From assembly GCF_022539665.2 (NCBI RefSeq), contig NC_081332.1:310001-374000 (forward strand): a stretch of DNA of 64,000 nt, read 5' to 3'. Positions within the stretch are counted from its first letter, which is position 1; each line of letters opens with the position of its first letter. This document shows, piece after piece, positions 1-11,733 of this stretch. The notes beneath the pieces are model-generated. The model was not told the origin of the DNA. It saw nothing but the letters and a program-made list of their open reading frames with translations, and did no database searches. This stretch comes from Daphnia carinata (lineage: Eukaryota). The position numbers were made by a program, and so were the translations under genes.

Positions 1-3000
1 AGATCTTCAACCATTTTTGATAACCTTCATTGCTTTTTTTATTCGTGTATTCAGTTTACTTTTTCAATCTTATTTTGTTCTACTTTTGTTGAATAACAAA
101 CGTAGACTTGTAAAAACAAAAGTAGATTGCTGACACCATTGGCAGCTTGAACCAAAATTATTTGGTTTCAATAAATAATTTTGATTATTTTGAATTGAAA
201 CATTACGTAGTTTTATATTCTATTGCGAGTTCCACATTAAATTGATAAACGACGGCAAAAATGACTTGTATCTAATAAGACATTCGTTAAGGCCTACGTA
301 AAAATTTAAAATAAATCAGAGAATATAAATATTGTCAGAGGCAAATGTCTTCCCCTAGAGCAATGAGGACCGCACCCTCATCCGCGGGGCACGAACGGGC
401 ATTTTTCAACCACTAAGTTGCCTGCCCCACTTTGAAACTTTCCGGTTTGGGAATTAGATCAGCATTTGTTAAACAATTCAAATGGAAGCTGAATTTTATC
501 CATGCACAAGGAAAATAAAAAAAGAAACACCCTGTAATAACCAGTTGGTTGTCGCTGGCTCTCCACGCAATCTTGCAACAAGCAATTTTCCTTCGCTGCT
601 TTGCGCGCAAACAGTGAAACAAAATAAAGCAAAAACCCAAAAATAAATTGGTAATTTTGAACTTTCTTTATCCAGGATGTCTTACAGTCAGGACAATAGT
701 TTACACCGTAAGTTCGTGTTGCCAAAGAAAAGCGAGAAAATTTCTTGCAGAAGTAAAGTATAGTCTAGGAAAACTTGGAATAGTTAATTTTTAAAATAAC
801 ATATCGAACATGAGTTAGTGGTAAACACCTAACATTCGCTCAAGACAGTGCTATCAATGAGCTATTAAATGTAACTTAATGAATCATTATCGGCTGTCTC
901 TATCAAGGACCTAAATGCAATAGTAAACACCGGTAAACACACCAAGCATAGAGTGAACGCCATTTTACTTACTTTTAATGTTAAGAATCCGGCTAAGATG
1001 CGTAAAACGGTGTTCAGGAGAGAGAAACCTGCTCCGAGCTGAACGCGAGAATATTGAGAAGCAAACTGAACCTCATTTCACCAGGTTATGGCAGCTTAGA
1101 CGCCAGGGAAAGGAGGCCGACCCTTACGAACCGCTATATCAACCACTGGAAAGGACGAAAGGACGACTTTTTTTTCATCTTCTTTTTTTTTCTTTCTTTT
1201 CATTAATTCGATTTCTTCGTTTTGCCCTTTCCAGTACATTTACTTTGGAGAAAGCAGTACGAAAAGAAAGGAAACGTTTCTCACTGTTCTACTATTCATG
1301 CTCATCAGAAATCAACCTCAATATCCATTATTCGTTAAAGAATCACTGGCTGTAAAGGTAGGTCGACTTAGTTGCGAGATTGATGAAAGTACGAAATATT
1401 ACTACTGCTATACAGAATGCTAAACATCCATACAGAAGTCTAAAATGACAAACAAAGCAAATTGAGTTTATCCGCCAAAAGACGTTTTCTTTACGTTTTT
1501 TTTTAGTTGAATGAATCGTTCATTTTCCATTGGTTTACTATTGACTTAGCTCTATGTTTCTTTTTTTAAAAATTCGAGAAACTTCACTTTCGTCTTCTGT
1601 TTTGGGTCGGCAAGCCACATTTTAAAAAATCTCGTGAATCTTGACTTGTAATCTTTTGATGGCTTCTGCTACCACAAACTTCTAGAGTACGTCCTTTGGA
1701 GTGAAACACATTCCAAAACATTTATTGGATTTTAAAATAAACGTAATATAGGGCAATTAAAAAGGGGGCTATTGCGTCATCTTGGCAGTTTATCTACTTT
1801 TAGAGAGAAAAAATAACACTATTGGCGTCCTAAACTGAAGGTGAACTTTAACAGGATTCATTTCGGAAAATAAAAATATATGCTGTTGGTTGACTGTAAA
1901 CGAAATAGGGTGAAAAAAAAAGCTTTCGATTTTGAACGGAGAAAATTTTGGGATGGAATGAAACATTTCAATAAGAACCCAGTTTCGTCAATTCATTCTA
2001 TAAAAAATCGGGCTGGGAAAAGCTTGATGTTATCTTAAGGAACGTGTTTGTAAACTAGCATTAGACAACCGGTTGTTTCCTTTCTTTGGGCGTGGTTCAA
2101 GAAATATAACCTTTTCGTCAGGTAACATTCGCTAGTCAAACTCTGTCGAATTCTACATTTATGTGCAGTTAGACTTTAAGTATGGGACAGCTTTAATTCA
2201 AGTACACTCGAACCGATTTTATGTGTTCTATTTTTCTATTTCTCTTTTTTTGTTTTCTTTCTTTCTTTCTTTTTTTCTCAAATAGTGGCTCGGTGTAATT
2301 TAATGAATTTCAGGAGAAAGGGATGGGGCAAAAACAATGTTTCCAGAGAAACCGATTTCATTTACCTCGCTCTAGGCGAAGGCAATCTCTGCAGTACTGA
2401 TCGGAGGGAAAAGTAGGAAAAGAAGGAGAACGACAAGAATCGCGGAATAAAACCAATTTTAGAAGTAGTGCTTTTTCTTTGCCTTAGTACTGTGACATTA
2501 CAAGCCTCATAAGTGAAACAATCAATTTGGATTCGATTATTAACTGCACCGTCCACCGAAGGACAAAATTACATCACAAAATTCTACGAGCAGCAAAAGT
2601 AGATCAGAATTAGAATGTGTCCGTTAGCTAACGGTTTTAGTGGCTGGTCAAACGTGAAGGCGTGCAAGTGGAAGCGAAAAATCTACTAATTCACCGTACG
2701 CAACCAGTTGGCCCCAAGAGCGAACATGGTTCGGTCGGTTAGTATCTCGTACGCATGTTTGGATTGATTTACGTGTATTGCCATTGTTTTGTGATCATGA
2801 CTTCAGTTTGACCTTATTCCGCAACCTTTGGTTGTATGATTTAAAAAAATCGAGACTTGCTACTTTACGAAATTTCACCATTGCGGTGAAATGTTTTCTA
2901 TTTTTGCAGCATCGTGTTAATTAACAAACACGATAACCAACCGGTAAATTGTTTTTTAAACTTTGGTTTAAAAGATCACAACTTTGCTGTTTTGCATACA

Positions 3001-3972
3001 TCGCAGTTTAATGTTTTGAAAATGTTTCGCTGCTACGAAATGGCAAAATTGACATAACATTTACTGGTAGTCACGCAGGTTTGATTCAACGCTTTAACAG
3101 AAGCTTTCACTTCGATCAAGCGCCTCTAGTGCGAGCAATGCTCAACTTCTAAATATCATTATACACGTCAACGATCAGTTGCTAAATTCCACGCCAAAAT
3201 CCTTGTACAATTCAAAATTGCCATTTTAGCTAACATTGGGTTTAAACAGAACTTGCAGATTACATTTGGTTATTTTCGTCTTCTTTAAACTCAATTACGC
3301 CAACAAAGTTTATTTAACTTTACATTTAACAGGCCGGACAGGGACGAAGGTCAAAGTTAAGCAAAATTTGAAATTCTTTTAACCAAAACACGAGTGAAAA
3401 AAAAATGAAAGAAAAAATAAATGTGTTGACTAAATCTCCGGAGCGCAAAGGTTAGAAGCGTGAAATACCTATGGTTGTTAAATAACAATTCTAGACTTCA
3501 AGAAGCGCCATACGATACCCTTAAACAATTTTTTAAATAGTTTAACTTGAAATTCTACTTCTAGGGATTTAGTGGAACAGTGGATTCTGTAAAACTACTG
3601 GCCTGCTAAGTCCCAAGAAGTGGAACCTTGCATGTATGAAAATATATTACCGCTTATCGCAGTATGGGCAAATGCATTACAGTTTCCCAGTAACGTTTCT
3701 TCTTTCTTTTCAAGAAGTATTAAATATTTTCCAACCTGATTCGCTTCAAACAACATACCCAAAAAACTATGTCGAAAATCTTGGATGTTGTTTTTGCAAA
3801 TGTTTGAATTGAGCTATTGAACCATCGGGTTTTCGACATTATTCACTTTTATTCCTTCGGTTTCGAAATGTGATTACTAACTGCTACACAGATGAGTAGT
3901 TACTGAAAACATAACTACCAAGACAATGTAATTGAACTTCAGTTTAACAAAGACCCTACCAATTATATTTGT

Positions 3973-4819
3973 CTATTCAACATCATCTTCGGCCATTCCT
4001 AATCCAGACTGAGCCGCGTTCGCCATTAGCCTCTAAAGAAAACAAATACAAAGAATGAATAATTAATAATTAAAACCAATAAAAATATTTGGGCATTGAA
4101 TGAAATAATTTTCAGCTTAGTTTCTGTTCTCACTGATAGAAATAAAACAATATTCCTCTCAATTTCAATACACAACCATTGCATAAATTCTTAGTAATGA
4201 TTTAAATCTACTAATTGTTTTTAATCCTAAAACCAATGTGGAAAAAAAAAACAAAAAAAGGAAGTTGTAATTAACAATCCTTCAGTTGGGTACCTGTCCA
4301 ACAACTGGTAGACGCTCGAGAAGTAGACGGAAAACTTGAGGTGGCAGAGTTTGTTGGAGAACTTGAAGTAACTGTTGGGGTTGACCACAAACGGCAACTG
4401 CATTACTTAAATGTTCCACTCCCTCCTCAATTTCACCTTGGGCCAATAATTCTTCCCCAAGTTGCACCTGATTTTGTAGAATAAGCCAATTTATTGGTAC
4501 TCATGAAAATCAACTTGAGAAAAGGTAATTACCTCACGAAGGAAAAATTGTTGAACAGCCTCATGATCTTTCAGATCTGGAAGAGCTGTAGATCCATCTT
4601 TTGAAACATTCGTTCGGCGTTTGCGTTCTAAGAAAAAGTTACGATATAACCGGTTGTACGAGAAACGTTTCACAAACGAAGCTTACTATCTTTTAGTTTT
4701 TTCTTGAATTCCGGGTCTGAGCGTCGCTTACGATCAAAATAGATGCAATAAGAAACGAAAAGTGTACCGGCAACGGCAGCCAAAACTGACATAGATGCTT
4801 TAGACATAAGTGCTGACAT
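3973..4819 (-). CDS. Tom20: Mitochondrial import receptor subunit Tom20 (4 exons: 4819-4687, 4627-4533, 4467-4294, 4032-3973)
   Basis: Spliced translation MSALMSKASMSVLAAVAGTLFVSYCIYFDRKRRSDPEFKKKLK...LPDLKDHEAVQQFFLREVQLGEELLAQGEIEEGVEHLSNAVAVCGQPQQLLQVLQQTLPPQVF...GMAEDDVE*. These are hallmark Tom20 motifs, and all introns are GT-AG and in frame. Confidence 0.97.
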
Positions 4820-6025
4820 TGTAATATTTGAAATTTATGAAACTTTAAACATCAAGACGTATTCAGAATTTTAGCTACGATCGCTCATCGAGCACGTTTC
4901 AGCGAGCTCACCTTCGCTAAAGAAACAGGCCTGACTGATTCGAATGGTAAACTTCCAGTTTCCGCAGAGTCATAGTAATTCGTTCACTGCATTGACGTTG
5001 GCAATAAGGCTTGGCTATCCTGTAGACAGTGGTAGCACCTAGTGGATTTATACTGAACTACATGTCAATTTTAGGCGAGTTTGTACCAAGTTATTTAAAA
5101 AGGGGTATATTACATAAGATATTCTTTGAATTTTTCAATGGTTTTGATTGAGCCATTTAGAAACCCAAGCTAAAGTTACAATCTCAAACTAAATTCTAAC
5201 TACCGAAGGCCTCCTTTTAACGTTTTCCTTAACTAATGTGCTGCGCTCTGCTGTATTAGTTAGAAGCTGAAATTTAATGCTCGAAAACTGACGACTAAGC
5301 CTTATGATCAAAGTCAACGTAGTGAACGAATCATCCCGTCTATTACTCAGTTCTCGGATGTCGAAGGAGTAAAAGAAACATTCTGAAAACACTTTAAAAC
5401 GATAGGTGTCTCTGTGTCATAGTCCTTTCCAGCGATACTTCTCTAGCACCCATCATCTGGACAGAGATCTATTTGTTGCCAGTGCTATCCAAGAATAATA
5501 ATCAAGAATAATACAAAAATATTTACACTTTTATTTGCTTCTAAACTTTATCGTTCGTAATCTACATATAACCTGTAAAGGGAATGGCTACTCACGTAAA
5601 AAGCAGTAAGGGGAGCAGGGTTACGCATTTAGCCTTTGCCGCATCGCTTTTAGCGCAAAGAAAGGCATAACTAGATAACAACAATCAATGTAATAGAATA
5701 ACAACTAAAAGGAACAATGTTGGATAGTAATAATCGATCGTGAAACTTGTTTTTTAGAACCTTGGATTCACGTGCTATGTTGAAAGCTACAACCAGCCAT
5801 TTGATACTGCGGGACTTTCACGTTCGACTCTCAAGGCTGTGAGGTGTAATGCAAGACATTTGTAAAAATAGCCGGACAACTTTTAGAACGTGGATACCTT
5901 TTTAACCGTTATGCAATGCCATATTTGAAGAAAAATTAACTTTCTTTGCGTCAAGCTAATAATAATACCACATATTGATATTAGGGCAATCCACTAGAGA
6001 AAATGAATAACTCTGTTTTCATCAT

Positions 6026-9000
6026 TTAATCCCAGTCTGCAGATACCACAAACTGCTCTTTATTCAGTTTTACGTTTTTAACATCTTTACGGATTTTCTT
6101 CGGAGACGGAAAATCGCAACTATTGCACTCCACAGCAGAACTCAGCCGCTTTCTTGACGATAAGTCTGGAACTTCCGCAGACAACGTGGCGTTCTGGGAT
6201 TTCCTGTCCAAATAGTGTTTATACGAAATTACGGAGCATCCCACAGGCAGCTTACTCTCCGCCATGGCCCTGAGCACGAAAGGGCTGTTCTCTTTCCTAT
6301 GTAACGTTACAAACGCTGAGGTATCTCCTGTCCAGTCGACCCTTACCGTACCTGTGAAAATCAGTAAAAAGGGTCAAACAGAAATTTTAAGCTAGTGACT
6401 AAAGCGTTATTGGACAAGACTAGACAACAATTGAACTGCCATTGATGTCTTCGAATTCACAAACTAAGAAGCGCACATTCACACAGGTACCAAATTGGGC
6501 GCTTTATGAAAACTTATGCATCTATTCTTCCCGGATAAGAAACGTGTTCTCTTTTCTGCAAAAAAAAGTTTCGTGTCATAGCTTACTCTAAAGATTTTAA
6601 ATATACGTTCCGCTATGTTTCACCATTATGCGCTAGTTTTCCAAGAACACGAAGTTAAGAAGTAGATTAAACACAAAAAAAAAAACGAAAATAGAAGGCA
6701 AAACTAGAGAGCTGATTGCCAAACTATAACAACGGCTCGCTTGGTACATACCATGAACTGAAAATAAATGAAAGATGTCTTGAAGTTTCCATTCACTTGG
6801 AAAAGTAACATGGAAAACATGTTCACGTGATGGTTCCACTACCAAAATCAGAATAAAATAGTAAGTACATCACACTTAAAAGTTAGTGGTACCGTACAAT
6901 CGGGGCCGGAGATGGTCATGTAAGGAATATCAGGAACCATCATCATAAAGATCCTAGATAAAAAGAAAAAAAATTACATGAAAATTGTAATACGGAGGTG
7001 AATATTGAGATCTCAAATGGCATAAAATGTACTTTTGATAAAACGGGGTGATGAATGATGATTCATGAACAGCAGTTGTTTTTGACTGGCTTGAGCTAAT
7101 ATCTTCTGTTAGAAAACATTTTTAAATGAAATGTATAGAAAATTCTTTTTATAAAGTGAAGGTATAAAATTTTATAATGTGAAGACATTTATACGCCACC
7201 TAAATAGTTGGCCATGGCAAGGAAACAACGGCCTGTTATAAATGCATCATAACCAGCCTCATGGTTCTTAAAGTTGTCCGTGTAGGAAGGGAAACCGGTA
7301 GCAGGAACTAAACAACGTATCTGAGATTATTGAACCATAACAATATCTATTGAAATAAACTTAAAAGAAAATACTCACCAATTTCAATGCTTCGAAAGGG
7401 AGCTGCGAGTAAACTGCTTAGCAATCGCTCAAGGGCCGAGTTTTGCAGAATATCGCGAAATGGCTTGGTTGTAGCCATGACCTTAGTGTCGATGAATCTA
7501 CGAAAATTAACTCCGGGTTAATGGTTTCGACATTAGTACGTGTCCGTTTAGAATTCCAGTAGGTTTTTAAAAATGAAATTGTTGTTTGTAGTTGCTTTTA
7601 TTAGATGCTCGTTAGTTTATGTTAGGTATATAAACTTCCGATACCCACAAGGTAGTGTATTAGTACTGTTTTCAGGAAATTTTTTTAGCTTACCTTGGAA
7701 AAAAAGTGTTAACCATACCTTTGAAGTCATGATAATCTTCAGGTAACGGCGCACAAAATTGACCTCACGTTTCAAAGTTTAGTTAAATAATTTCGTAATT
7801 CCAAAAAATGTAATTTTTTTTCCTTACCCAGAATATGACACAAATCGAGTAACATGTTATGTCCAACAACAAGTTTACCCTACAAAAAAAAAATATATAT
7901 ATATGTATGTATATTTATTTAGAAAAACGTTTCGTCGATGAAGCGTAACACCGACCGAATCGGTGATTTTGCGGATAACTCTACTAAAACCGACGTTATC
8001 TTCGAATTTTTCCATTTCGGATACGTTGTTGTCTGTTCCTGAAGGCTCCGTCTTCGAGTTTTGAATGCCAGTTTTTTTAACAATGACTGTGCAGCCACTG
8101 CTGGTTTTTTTTGAAATCTCAAACAATAGCTTTGGGTATCTAATATCGGAATTCGAAACACGGTTAAGAACTTTTTATATGGCTTAATCATACTTAATTA
8201 TATAAGACTATTTGTAGGCGCAACATTAAGATAAATCTTTACCTATATTTTACATGGGAGAAAATAAGTTCATTTTGAATCGTACTGCAATGAAGCTCTA
8301 GAGCGGCATTGCTCTTTTCTTCGTTTTCTTCATTCTGTAAGAATGTTTCAACCTTCGAACTAATGCAAAAACACACTTTAAGTTTGGATAAAGAGACGTA
8401 AACCGAGTAGCATACATAAGCGTATTAGCGCACGCATCCAATATGTTTTGGAAATATGCAAATAAGTGACCTACGTAATATTGTTAAGGAATCCTTTTTG
8501 ATCAGCGGGAAGTTCAGATACTTGGGTCGAAGATGCATCCGAACGAAGATGTAATAATTTGCTCTTTTTTTCTAAAATCACCTTTAGTTTTTCTTCATCC
8601 ACCAAGTTAAGGTAGGGGATTCCTAACCAGTTTTAGAATATGATGATTGGTTTACTATATTCCTATATTTTATGTTGAATTGTAATTAAAAATCATGATT
8701 GTTGAATATCTACCTTCTTTAATGAGTTTGTTGAAATCAAACCCCTGAGATGCAAGAAAGCCCAGAGAGGAAGCTTGAGACAAAAACTTAGTGTCACATA
8801 GCCCAGGCAATGTTGAAGTGTTAGGGAATATGTAAAAATTGTATGTTTTATTTACATACTTAGAGATACTATTATCAAACCTAAATATGCTCAGGCCAAA
8901 CTGGATAATGACAAACTGTGATGTGCCATTTAGAACCTTCTTGTATCTTTCTGCAAAATCATATAAGTAACACATTATAGTACTACTATCAACAGAAGAA

Positions 9001-9280
9001 AAACATAAATGTAAAATACAAATAGAACCGATCACACATTCTTTTATAAAGGTATTAACCTGGAGGTGTGTCCAAAGAAGAGAGTTTACTGTTTCTTCCT
9101 TCCGTGGAACTTAGTCCTGTGAATTCCGTGTCGATGGATACAAAGGATGCATTTTTCAATTCATCGTCAAGCGCTTCCAATACCGTCTGAAAATCTTATG
9201 TAGAAAAAGATATGTATATTTAAAGAGTTATGGTTTACTTATGAAACTTTATGATTTATACTGCTTTTGGTAACGTCCAT
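6026..9280 (-). CDS. PARN: Poly(A)-specific ribonuclease PARN (multi-exon; DEDD nuclease, R3H-like insert, RRM)
   Basis: Motifs MDVTKSNF...[98 protein letters not shown], and C-terminal ...ADWD*. Exon junctions keep frame. Confidence 0.95.
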
Positions 9281-10804
9281 CGTTGAAAAACGAAAACAAC
9301 CACACACACCATCACATCTTTGGTAAGACGGCCCGCCACTTAAAAAAAAAATTATTTTTAAGTCTTTACTTCAATACACTGTTGTTGCAAAACAATTCTA
9401 GCACAAGTGTTTACTAAATTTTAAAATGTATCATTTATGTTTGATTTTACTAAATTAGTGTAATTATTGAATAACAAAATACTGGGGTAAAATAAAATTC
9501 TGTGGTGGCAGCACCTACCATGCGAACTCGTCGTTCGTAGGAAACAGAAAATAGCAGAATTCCCACCGAATTCTACGAAAAGAATTTAAGCAACTAATTT
9601 AAACAAATTGTTGTCTGAGCCTGTTGTATTTAATGGGCTGTTTCTTTGCTCTTATCTATTTCATACTAAGATCAAGAAGGCTTAGAACAAAGATATTATG
9701 GGGAAAGAATATTAATATTATTCACCGTGTGGCTAAAAAGAAATTCTTAAAATTATTATTTTTTTTTTGCGTTTATACTTAAGAATTTCCCTCAGGTAAT
9801 GGGTGGTAGGAAACTTAAGTCGCCATTTGATTATACAGTAAAAATGTGCATAATGAACTAGGGTAGACTGGGCGTTTGACCGCTATTGAATGAGCTCGCC
9901 CAGTCTTGCTATTACCTCGCTCTTGCAGACGAAACATGACACATAAGCTAGTATTATTAAAATATGCCGTCCCATGTAGAATTTGCATTGACACTTGTGT
10001 ACATCGAGAAAAACCTAAAGCTAACTCTTTTACAACAAAAGAGCCGATACGAAACTTCCGATACGAAACTTAACGAATGGCCAAAACAGGAGTTTATTAT
10101 TTGAACAGAGTTAATTATTTATTGAGTTTTCAACAAATAATAAAAATTAGAATAAATCTGTATTTTTCTTTGTTCTTTGTCGATAATTTTTTCCTATGTT
10201 GTTTTATAATTATACGCTTGTAGATGTTGGCAGTATGTAGAGCAGAGGTTTCTTAATAATATTTGTAAATCAAAATAATCTTAGCTATTGAATTATAAAC
10301 ACATTAGTTGTTCTGTGAAACTGCTTTTGGGGGCTAAATTGTACAAACGGCATGTGTTGTATTGGACATGAATTGGGCGTGCAAGGGAGGAGTCAAGTCA
10401 AAGCGCGGAGGTTTTAAATATTTAACGGCACATTTATGATATAGCTAATGCTTATTTATATTTTTAATCTTACATAAAAACATTTTATTTTGGAAAAAAA
10501 TGTAATACTTTTCTGTATTATTCAACTGTTTCAACAATTTCAAAGTTTCGTCAACTGACGCAGCCATGATATTACAAATAATGAATCAGGGAAATCGATC
10601 GATAAATTGAAATAACTAAATTATCGATACTGTGGTGGCTGCGCCTCCTCTTATGTCTTCTCTATCAGTAAAATGAAAATATTTCAGGCATAATAAAAGT
10701 CATTTATTTCAGGTAATCTCTTTGAAGATTGTATTTCAGTTGTTCGCTAAGTTAACAGCAAAAACTAGAAATAAAAGCAAAATTTTTACACAACTCATTC
10801 TACC

Positions 10805-11380
10805 CAGTGGATCCTATCTTTCGGAAAAGATAAGATAGAATGGCAAAAGTTAAGATACTTCCGGCATCTTTTCGATAACTTGTATCGGGCGTCAATTTGA
10901 GCCAAAAAAAAGTATCTTTATCTTATGCTAAGCCAATTTTAGCCTAAAGTTACCGAAAAGATACAAGATACTTTCGACGCCATCTTGCGGCGACAAGTTC
11001 ATTTATTTGGAATAAAATTTTCGGGTCTCATTGTTTTAGTCATCCCTTGTCTCGCGGATGTGGATCAAAAATAAATGAATTATGAAGCTACAAATTTGAT
11101 GCAACCCAGAATTTCAATTAATCTTCGATTTCGAATTTTTTTATTTAGTTTTGCGTTATTACTAAGTATCTTGTATCTTATTTTATCTTATCTTTAGCCT
11201 AAAATGAGAATTTTTAAAAATTTTTTAAAATATCTTATCTTAACTGGTTTTTTCGGTAGTATCTTGTATCGAAGCATTTTTTTCGGTATTTACAAAATAT
11301 CTTAACTTAACTTTGTATTTAAAATTTTTTTTTACAGTAACTGTATCTACAGCGTAAAAAAAAAAAGATAGGAAGCACTG
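10805..11380. mobile_element. Non-autonomous DNA transposon (MITE) with CAGTG termini, hAT-like
   Basis: Left end CAGTGGATCCTATCTTT (10805-10821) matches the reverse complement of the right end CAGTGCTTCCTATCTTT (ends 11380) at 15/17. The interior has many AAGATA(C)/GTATCTT subterminal repeats and no ORF. No clean TSD is visible. Confidence 0.65.
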
Positions 11381-11733
11381 GTGCAGCCTATCGTACTATT
11401 AGATGATTTTTCAATGGTGAAATATGGAGAGTAAGAAAGATTCATGGTATTTAATAAAAGAATTTTGTAAAGAACAAGGTGCGAATATTTTTTTTTTTTC
11501 CATTTCAAATTCGAAATTGACAAAATTGTTTGTGAATGTTGCCTCATTGCCGCGATAGTAGTGTCATAGTGTGTTAATTAAAAATGCACTTGCACGTAAG
11601 TCGCGTATGTAAATGTAATAAAAACTCGTTAAACATCTTGTTCTTCCCGATATGCTTGTAAATATACGAATTTTCTTATGTTTTTTTTCCAGCAAAAAAA
11701 TCGTAAACCGCAACGTTGGAGGTATCGATCAGA

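Noticed and set aside
361..417. GC-rich hairpin-like stretch resembling a Helitron 3' end
   Set aside because: Poor stem, no proper CTRR|T terminus at the expected spacing, and no 5' end or Rep/helicase sequence.
413..1355. Short ORFs 413-725 (-) and 978-1355 (+), plus an ACTGGAAAGG inverted repeat at ~1145/1235
   Set aside because: No recognisable domain or consistent splice model; the ORFs run through T-rich low-complexity sequence.
6517..6556. Possible alternative terminal exon in the long PARN intron (tttttgcag|AAAAGAGAAC..TAA)
   Set aside because: Only an acceptor-like sequence; no similarity or other support.
10044..10071. 14-bp perfect tandem duplication CCGATACGAAACTT
   Set aside because: A single slippage-type duplication with no associated structure.
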